From Epithemia pelagica (lineage: Eukaryota; Protista; Bacillariophyta): a DNA stretch of 64,000 nt. Made by a program: the position numbers and the translations under genes. The stretch covers positions 4,464,001-4,528,000 of the forward strand of contig OX337229.1 of NCBI GenBank assembly GCA_946965045.2, written 5' to 3'. Every line of letters starts with the position of its first letter. Position 1 is the first letter of the stretch. This document shows, one piece after another, positions 56,340 to 64,000 of the stretch. The notes under the pieces were generated by a model. It did not search any database. It saw only the letters and a program-made list of their open reading frames with translations, and had not been told where the DNA came from.

Positions 56340-58100
56340 ATGAGCAATCCCAAAGACGATGTTGCCCGATCCTCTCCTTCCTCCTCAGAGGCGGCCCCCG
56401 CACGGCCCGAATTTCGGTAAGTCCAAATCATGCAATCCATTCAGTTCGCGGATGCCAACGACTGGACTGGCTGTTCGTGGTTTGTCGAGGGGATAGGACT
56501 GTTGCCAGCAGACTAGGAGAAACGATTGAATTTATTTGGCAAGTCCCACCCGAAGGGACAACCATCTGTGGCAGTTGGACGTTATAGTCCCAACCGATTC
56601 AACACTCTTTTGCACACCTACATCTTGCTCACTCTCTCCACCCTTCCTTGTATAATAACCATGTTTAGATCGGTCAACATGCAAAGAGACTACCATGCGA
56701 TGCTGCAACGGCCACCTACGGTAGGAGGAGCAGCCAGTCGACCGAAACCTCCACCCATGGCGTCTCAGGGAGATATTATTGATATGGAAGAATATCGGGC
56801 AGGCAAAGCCGAATCGTCTGCGGTTCCCTCAGGGAAAAGTAGCAACTGGACTCCATCCAATCCTCGGCCGGTTCCTGCCTTTTACCCACTGGAGAAATCC
56901 ACACGGTTGGTAGAGTTTGAAACCGCGGTAGAAGTTGCTGCCCGGCTCTCCGAGAGCCTCCGATACATGTCGGTCCAAGCCATTTACGACGATGAAACCG
57001 CAACGGCAAGTTTGTTTACCTCGGAAAATGTGGAAATGCACATGTGTCTATGGAAAACACCCAACACGGCGCAACAAGAAGGAGTCCTTGTGGAACTTCA
57101 ACGACGAAAAGGAGATTCGATGGTGTTCCATCGATACGCCAGACGAATTTTGGATGCAGCGGTTGGAGATGTGGATGTTTCTGATTTGGCATCCAGTGTT
57201 GACTCGGACAAGATGCATTCCAAAAAGTAAGGAAACCATTTCGGTTGAGACAATTCCATGTTCTCAGTTGATTCAGCACTAACAAAGCCTTTCTGTGATA
57301 GGGTCCAACGACTTCTTTCTCCAGAATTGAAGAATCAAGAGCACCAGGAACATGAGAATGCTGTTGTTGCCTTGGAGATTGCACATGGACTTTTAATGAA
57401 AGACCGTATGGATGCACGCCAGTTAGGTCTCGAATCCCTTTGTTTGCTTACTGATCCGAAGAAAACTGGATACATGACCGCTGTTCTTGCAAGCCATGTT
57501 GTTCTGCTGGGTAGCACAGCAGGTGTGGTTATCTCAGGTGTTACTGACGTTGCAGAACGGGATTCGATTCTGATGAACGAAGGGCCTTTTCAAGAAATTC
57601 GAGAAACGATCCTCAGTCTCGTTCAATTCTCCAGAATTGGAGAAGATGAAGATGACGAAGTCATGTCACCCGAGTCAGAGCAAATGGTTCTTTTGCACAA
57701 CTTGGCTCTTGCAGTCCTTGCGAACTCACTCGAAGTGATTGAACACCCTGAACAGTATGAACCTGAAGATACGAAGCAACGCCCCCGCCTTCGCACTCAA
57801 TCGTCGGGTGACATCACTAAAGATTTCTTAACGCAGAGTGAAGAACATTCAAACAAAGAAATATTATCAACTCTAATCAGTGAGCTGGGAAAAGCAAATT
57901 CCAAGCCTCACAACGCCACTTTGTCTGCGAAGTGTGTCGGTAGCTTGTGCCGTGCCAGCGAAGAAGCTAAAAGAAGGGCCAAGGAACTGGGAGCCAAGAA
58001 CGTTGTGGCCACTGCTCTTGATGTAGGAGTCAAGACTCACTTGAAGCTCGAAACAGAGTGCCAAAAGGTTCTGAGGGCGTTGGAAACCCAAACCGAATGA
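56340..58100 (+). CDS. Diatom-type hypothetical protein with KA1-like and helical-repeat regions (3 exons: 56340-56416, 56669-57226, 57302-58100)
   Basis: GT-AG introns join the ORFs in frame. VELQRRKGDSMVFH is KA1-like. The C-terminus is helical. Confidence 0.7.
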
Positions 58101-58274
58101 ACACAGCGCCATGGTAGCCAAATCATAGAAGAGACTAAACAGATAGAGGCGAGTGTTTCTCTCTCCTTAGTTTTCTTATTCACGTCATACGGGACTCGGG
58201 GATAATGCGTGAATCAAGTCGGACGAGAACCACCCATTTCTCATTTGACTTTTGATGTAGCAGATAGATCGGAG

Positions 58275-59588
58275 ATGGGCAAACGATCCGGATCTGGACG
58301 AAAGAAGAAGCGTACTCATGTTCCTCAAGGGGAAGAAACCAATAAACCATCGGACGAGAGCAAAGTTCCCAAGTCTTTGGTGATTCGTCGCGGCAAGACA
58401 GCTCCTGGAGTTGCCGAGCTGGTTCAAGACTTGCGTCAAATGATGTTACCATACACAGCCATTAATTTTCATGAAGATGCCAAGAACCGGAAGCTTACCT
58501 TGCAGCAATACTCCAAGCATGTGGCTTTGCCCATGGGAATCTCTCATATCATGAGCTTTTCACAAAATGAAAATCGACTGAATTTCCGTCTTGGCCGTAC
58601 ACCAGAAGGTCCAACGCTTCATTTCCGAGTCAACAAATTTACAATGTCAAACCATATTCGAGCCTTACAAAGGCGACCAGTATCCTATACGTCAGGTCTG
58701 CGAAACAATCCACCTGTTGTGGTTACAAACAATTTTGGAGATTCATCAAAGCCAGACAACCGTGGAGTGGATCCACACGTCAAGCTCATGCGCATCACGT
58801 TCCAGAACATGTTCCCAGCCATTAATGTGGCCACTGTCAAACTAGCGGAGTGTCGACGTGTGGTCTTATTCAACTTAGTTTCAGACGCATCCACAAAATC
58901 ATCGAAATCTGGAGATGGTGAAGAAAGCGAGGGTGAACCAACTGGCCCACTTGTGGAAATGCGACACTATGCGATCCAAGCCTCGGCGGTGGGAGTGCAT
59001 CGACGTGTCAGAAAATTGGTCTCTTCGTCAAGGCGTAACCTACCCAACTTGCACAAGGTTCAGGATATAGCAGACTACGTAATGGGGCAATCGGCATCGG
59101 GAGGTGCAACCAGTGTGGCGAGTGACGCAGCGCCATCCGACAGTGAAGCAGAAGATGATCCTCGCCATACCGTCGAACTACCCGACTCCTTCATGGGACA
59201 ACGAAAATCCCAAAAATCTGCTCTTAAATTGGTGGAAATAGGGCCCCGGTTGACCATGTCGCTGATCAAGGTTGAAAAAGGTTTGGGTCAAGGGGATGTT
59301 TTGTACCATGCCCACGTCCACAAATCAGCCGAAGAGGTGGCGGCAATCAAAGCCAAGAAAGCACAAGAAGCTGCCTTGAAAGAAGAACGACGCAAAACAC
59401 AAGAGATGAACGTGGAGCGAAAGAGGAAAGCTGCTGAAGAGAAACGGGAAGCAAAGCGAAAGCGCAAAGAAGAACGACAGGAGGCCATAATGGAAAATCT
59501 CAGAAGGGGTACCGCCACTGAAGAAGACGGAGTCAGTGGGGAAGAAAGTTTCCAAGAGGACAACCAAAGCGAGGCATCGGGAGAATGA
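58275..59588 (+). CDS. PPAN: Brix-domain ribosome biogenesis protein Peter Pan/SSF1
   Basis: Motifs VPKSLVIRRG, RTPEGPTLHF, RRVVLF, ALKLVEIGPRLTMSLIKVEKG, and a K/E-rich tail. Confidence 0.93.
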   Translation: MGKRSGSGRKKKRTHVPQGEETNKPSDESKVPKSLVIRRGKTAPGVAELVQDLRQMMLPYTAINFHEDAKNRKLTLQQYSKHVALPMGISHIMSFSQNENRLNFRLGRTPEGPTLHFRVNKFTMSNHIRALQRRPVSYTSGLRNNPPVVVTNNFGDSSKPDNRGVDPHVKLMRITFQNMFPAINVATVKLAECRRVVLFNLVSDASTKSSKSGDGEESEGEPTGPLVEMRHYAIQASAVGVHRRVRKLVSSSRRNLPNLHKVQDIADYVMGQSASGGATSVASDAAPSDSEAEDDPRHTVELPDSFMGQRKSQKSALKLVEIGPRLTMSLIKVEKGLGQGDVLYHAHVHKSAEEVAAIKAKKAQEAALKEERRKTQEMNVERKRKAAEEKREAKRKRKEERQEAIMENLRRGTATEEDGVSGEESFQEDNQSEASGE

Positions 59589-59693
59589 GATCCAAAACTA
59601 TCAATGTCACCATGGTTAGCATATGATGTAGAAAAATAGTTATTTCATTCAGCATCCTTTAATCTACAAATGCGGAGGAAAGAGAACATTTCA

Positions 59694-62138
59694 TCAAGGG
59701 CGATATTTTTTGCCATCTTGATGCGAGCCTTCCCCGTGGGACGCTGTTGCCATGTTACTTGTTGTACGAGGCGTCGTGAGTACCGTGAGGGTGCGTTCAA
59801 AGTCTGCTTTTCTTGCCATAATCGTGGTAATTTCAGATACAGTCATGAGTGAAACGTCTTCTCCATCAATAGCAACGATTCGATCACCTGGGCTAATCTT
59901 CTCTGCCAGCACAGACGAAGTGCGTACACCCGAGACAACTGTGCCTTTACTATCGGCTTTGTTCGCAAGAATGATTCCAAGTTTTCCAGGTGGTGCCATG
60001 ACCGTAATTCGACTTCTTCGAGCAGCTGCAGCGGAAGACGTCCGTCTACCAGATGCCGATGACGCTCTGGAGCGACTACTGCGATGTCCACCTTCGGGTC
60101 CCACAGACGACTTGCTCGGTTCATCTGTAGCGCTTGCGTTGGAAGTGTTTTGCTGCGATTGTTGTTGACCGACCATGGCTAGTTGCATTTCCAATCTAAG
60201 CAAGTCATTGGCTACCGAACGCGACTGTTCCGACATTTGACTGATATAGGACTTGGTTGAGCGATGAGAATATCGACTGCTTCGACTTCGACGACTTGTA
60301 TTCGATCGCTTACTATCCTTGGAATTGACGGATTCTCCACTGCTTCGTCGGCTTCGTCGCTTGGATTTTGTGCTTCGGTGGGACTTGTGGGACCTTCCAC
60401 CTCCTGATAAATGAGATCGTCCAGAGAGAGACTCCAAATCTGCAGCAATTCCTTGGGGACCAATAGCCCGAGTAACTTGATCAAAATACCACGATTCCGC
60501 AGCTTCGTCCGATTCATCCGACTCTTTTTGCTGTCGGAGCTTCTTCAGTCGTTCCTTGGCAGACTTGACGGAGCCAGAATCCCTTGTTTTGTTCGCGGAG
60601 CTCAGATTCTTAATAATGTCTGATACCGATGCCGCGGCACCACCTCCGTCTGCGGTGGATCGCGATTCGAGACGACGAGTCACACTTCCACCATCTCGAG
60701 CCAAGGAGGAGGACTTAACAACCGGTGCCGAATTCACACTGCTGGCTGACTTGCGATTGGGAGGAGCTTTGCTTCTAGCTTTTTCGAGGAGCTCTTCCAG
60801 GGATGTTTCTCTCGTAGATCTTGATGCTCCTCCTGACAAGGTGGTGGCATGTTCTCCACGCGCCCTACTACTGCTTCGCAGTTTTCCTGTTTCAATGTAG
60901 ACCATGGAATGCTTCTTTGGGGCTGGTGCCGTTTCTCCGTCAGCGGGTGATTCATGAGTGTTTTGGCTTGGGGCCCCCGCGTCTGCATCGTTAGGCCAGT
61001 CTGTCTGGAAGTTGGAAAAGTCTGCTATAAAGGCAAAGTCGTCTGGAAATGGTTGTGGTGATACTGTTGAAGCACTCGTGGTGCTCGTCACCGATTGTTT
61101 TTGCCGTTGCGTGGCTTTGGATTGTTTAAAGAGTTGAAGTGCACTTGGTGGCTGAGGCGGAGGAGAAGGAAATCCTGAAACGTTTCCAGAAGAAGAGGTA
61201 GGAAAGTCCTCCAGAATTGGACTGTTTGGGTCCCATGCCGATGGAAGAGATGGCTTTTCTTCGCTTTTCGGCTCGTTCTCTTCGACTAGATTCGGAAATA
61301 CAGAAGAATCAGCTTCTGATTTGTAGGCTGAACTAACTGATTGGTCGAGACTGCTGTGAGGAGGCGCGGCTCCTTGCTTCATTTTCAGGTACTCCGTGTC
61401 TTCGTCGGCATCGGTAGAGAAATTGAGAGACGAACCATCATCGGTGGCTTCTACGGGCGGTTTGTTGAGGAGCAAATGGGGTGCGGTTGGACTGGTTCCC
61501 TCCATGGCAAAGACAGGAATGGCTGACACATGTCGTCGCATCATGTTCTCATCATCGTCCGAGTTTTCATCGTCGAGGTCTACCGGGCCTGTACTGCTTC
61601 GTGAGGGTGGGGACGCGGCCGAATTTCGAGGACTCAAAACACGATGGGTTGATACAGTGGAATTCCAGCCATTGACTTTTGGTGGAGAAGAGCGAGTATC
61701 ACCAGCATCTTCAGAGGGAGGAGGAGAGTCTTGGTCTGACGTTTTGGAAGTTGAACCTGTACTGGGGGCGAATTCATAGCCTGGTCTTGTTGTTGTTCTA
61801 CCATTGCTTTGATGGAGAATCGAAGTACTGGTAGTGGTCCTACCAGATGTGGGCGATGTGGCGCTTTGTGGTGAGAGAGGCGAGCCCTTCACAGGAGATG
61901 TTTTTAACTTGCTTGTATTGGCAGCCACTTCTGTGGTTGTGCTGGACGCTGCAGAGGCAGCCGGACCTGTGCTTCCCGGTCCTTTTCGTGATCTTCGAGG
62001 AGATGACTTGTTCCTCGAGTTATTGTTGTTCTTCTTCTTGCCTCCATTTCGTCCTCCGCTTGTATGCTGTTCCACCAAAGAGTCTTTATCGCTTTCTCCG
62101 TTCTTCCGACGGAATATTTTGGAGAATATATTGGGCAT
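59694..62138 (-). CDS. Low-complexity S-rich protein with a C-terminal PDZ domain
   Basis: PDZ pattern APPGKLGIIL...VSGVRTSSVLAEKISPGDRIVAIDGEDV. Confidence 0.85.
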   Translation of the reverse strand: MPNIFSKIFRRKNGESDKDSLVEQHTSGGRNGGKKKNNNNSRNKSSPRRSRKGPGSTGPAASAASSTTTEVAANTSKLKTSPVKGSPLSPQSATSPTSGRTTTSTSILHQSNGRTTTRPGYEFAPSTGSTSKTSDQDSPPPSEDAGDTRSSPPKVNGWNSTVSTHRVLSPRNSAASPPSRSSTGPVDLDDENSDDDENMMRRHVSAIPVFAMEGTSPTAPHLLLNKPPVEATDDGSSLNFSTDADEDTEYLKMKQGAAPPHSSLDQSVSSAYKSEADSSVFPNLVEENEPKSEEKPSLPSAWDPNSPILEDFPTSSSGNVSGFPSPPPQPPSALQLFKQSKATQRQKQSVTSTTSASTVSPQPFPDDFAFIADFSNFQTDWPNDADAGAPSQNTHESPADGETAPAPKKHSMVYIETGKLRSSSRARGEHATTLSGGASRSTRETSLEELLEKARSKAPPNRKSASSVNSAPVVKSSSLARDGGSVTRRLESRSTADGGGAAASVSDIIKNLSSANKTRDSGSVKSAKERLKKLRQQKESDESDEAAESWYFDQVTRAIGPQGIAADLESLSGRSHLSGGGRSHKSHRSTKSKRRSRRSSGESVNSKDSKRSNTSRRSRSSRYSHRSTKSYISQMSEQSRSVANDLLRLEMQLAMVGQQQSQQNTSNASATDEPSKSSVGPEGGHRSSRSRASSASGRRTSSAAAARRSRITVMAPPGKLGIILANKADSKGTVVSGVRTSSVLAEKISPGDRIVAIDGEDVSLMTVSEITTIMARKADFERTLTVLTTPRTTSNMATASHGEGSHQDGKKYRP

Positions 62139-63166
62139 TGCTACACAAGTTCCACGAAAGCTGGATGGAATGTCACCGTCGAACGTTCACGAGGCCCCAG
62201 AAGTGGCCTTGACAACAGGTTCGGGCAGCTTGTCGTCGTCCAACGATCAAGGCCTCTCTCCCTTTCCCTTGGAACGGATCAACAACACTTTGCTAAGGCG
62301 ATACAAACAGACAAGGAGGGTTCAGGTCGTTCCTTTCTCTGCTATCGGCGAGATATCAACGTGTTGCATCTGCGAATTGGTTTGTTCGAAACAACAAACG
62401 CTATTGAAATGGGGCGGCGTGGATGGAATGCTTCGCACCAGCCAACTCGGTCTCCTCCTCGGTTCATGACTCTTGCCTGATCACTCACTATCCAGCGCAT
62501 GTATATCGTATGCTTCGATATACTTCCTCAATTTATGGTTGTTAGCAGCGACGGGTTGTGATTTTGCGTGTCCTGTTCCTTCAGGAGGCCATGTGCAATG
62601 TGCATCCTCGAGACTTAGCCGCGCGCGCACGACGATCATCGGACACCTACACATCCTGAAAAGACTTGTGGGTATCGTCTATGTAAGAAATCGGACACCC
62701 CCATCATTCACAAGGATACATAGTTGCGGACAGCGTGGCCATAGACGAAATGGGACTACGAAGTCGTGGCATGGTTGTATTGAAGCGAGCCCAGCTATTC
62801 TCGTCTTGGTTACTTAGGCACGTTTGGGACATCTTAACGGGCTTCTAGCGAGAAAACACACAAGGCAGCAAGTAAGAATGCGTTGGGATTTGATTTACGT
62901 TTTTTTGTAACACGACGGAGAAACCAAAAAATCGTCGGATTTGGGATTTTCATTGTTGTCATGAAAGACATGTGCGATCCGAATCCAACCGCTGGACATT
63001 TTTGACAGCAAAGAGACCAACAACAGGACGAAGAGACTGTTGAAACACCTAAAGGCGTTGTTTGCATAGGGAAATACTACGATTGCAATCCTTGATTCCA
63101 ACAAACCAATATAGAATGGATTATTATCAGGAGAAAGGAGGGGATCCATTGATTCTGTCTCTTCGG

Positions 63167-63737
63167 ATGGATCCCCAAGTAATGAAGTCCCTGGTCTTTA
63201 GTTCGATCGTTCTTGGGATGAAGTGCATGTTCTCCGTATTTGCATCAAACATTTCTGAACGTACGTCTTTGCGTACGGGTTCTTCCTTCGCTAAGCATTT
63301 CGTCACTCACGAACCAACCTTTGTTCTCTTTCACAAATTTATGGGTGTTATTGGGATTTTTAAATGTACCAGAATATCCATCCCTCGTGAAAAAGCTCTT
63401 GGGTGAAACTGCGGATGAGGAAACAGTGAACAAGACAATGAAGCGATGGAGGCTCGTCGTTGGGGATGATTTAGAGAATATTCCCGCTGGATTAGGACTT
63501 CTTTGGCTCGCTGGAATAACGACATCTTCCTCCAATTCCTTGTCGGTTCCGGGCTCTTCGGTAGCAGCTGTCGTCTTGTGCACACAAACATTCACCGTGT
63601 CTCGGCTGTTACATTCGGCCTTCTCCTATGCTGATTGGAGCCCTTCCTCGCGTACCTATGCCTATATTGGAGGCTTGGTGACTTCGTGTGGAGCAGGAAT
63701 CATTGCACTCAAGGGACTCTTTAGCATACCAAGCTGA
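63167..63737 (+). CDS. MAPEG-family membrane protein (2 exons: 63167-63260, 63373-63737)
   Basis: Intron 63261-63372. Motifs KRWRLVVGDDLENIP, SRLLHS and SRTYAY. Confidence 0.85.
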
Positions 63738-64000
63738 GACAAACGAGAAACACAATACGATACGACATTTGGTTCTGCGGATATGGGGGTTCTTCTTGAG
63801 CAGTGAAAATTGGTTGATACGAATCATGCAGCAGTGATGATCCGTGACAACGCCTACTCTGGATGGATTTATCTTTACATACTCCTTGGGGTTGTGTAGG
63901 AAAGGACAAACTTTGTCTCATGGAGCATGTCAAAGAATCGCAGTATCCTGTGGTTGGTGTGTAAATTAGAAAAGCGTGTTCTTCATGAAGATGAAAACTA

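Noticed and set aside
22583-59588. Apparent concentration of RNA-metabolism genes (GlnRS, SBP2, GLE1, DBP3, MiaB, PPAN)
   Set aside because: These categories are common, and the genes are interspersed with unrelated ones. Clustering is not supported without a genome-wide test.
63804-64000. Possible terminal exon of a minus-strand gene beyond the window (ILRFFDMLHETKFVLSYTTPRSM*)
   Set aside because: Too short and truncated by the window edge to call.
1-64000. CRISPR arrays, rRNA, tRNA genes and prokaryotic operons
   Set aside because: No repeat-spacer arrays or structural RNA genes were seen, and the DNA is intron-containing and eukaryotic.

Overview
Gene-dense eukaryotic nuclear DNA with short GT-AG introns. 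It is most likely a pennate diatom, judged from ASAFAP-type plastid presequences, a CoDi-like copia element and diatom-type gene families. There are about 24 host genes, including a lipase, a TTL-family ligase, an SGNH hydrolase, a PTS1 thiolase, GlnRS, CDKA, SBP2, GLE1, DBP3, GCP3, a MYB factor, MiaB, ChlM, PPAN/SSF1 and a MAPEG protein. Two transposons are structurally complete. One is a 6,414-bp Ty1/copia retrotransposon (15533-21946, minus strand) with identical 238-bp LTRs, a TTGTG target-site duplication (TSD), a half-tRNA-type primer binding site, a frameshift in gag and an in-frame UGA between gag and pol. The other is a 305-bp hAT-type MITE (24904-25208) with 16-bp TIRs and an 8-bp TSD. 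The most striking host features are domain fusions in RNA-handling proteins: Gle1 fused to Nup42-like FG repeats and a CCCH finger, SBP2 carrying three U2AF65-type UHM/RRM domains, GlnRS with a CysRS-type C-terminal tail, and a plastid MiaB with an N-terminal parvulin domain. I found no rRNA, tRNA or CRISPR array. All family assignments come from motif recognition by eye; no database searches were run.
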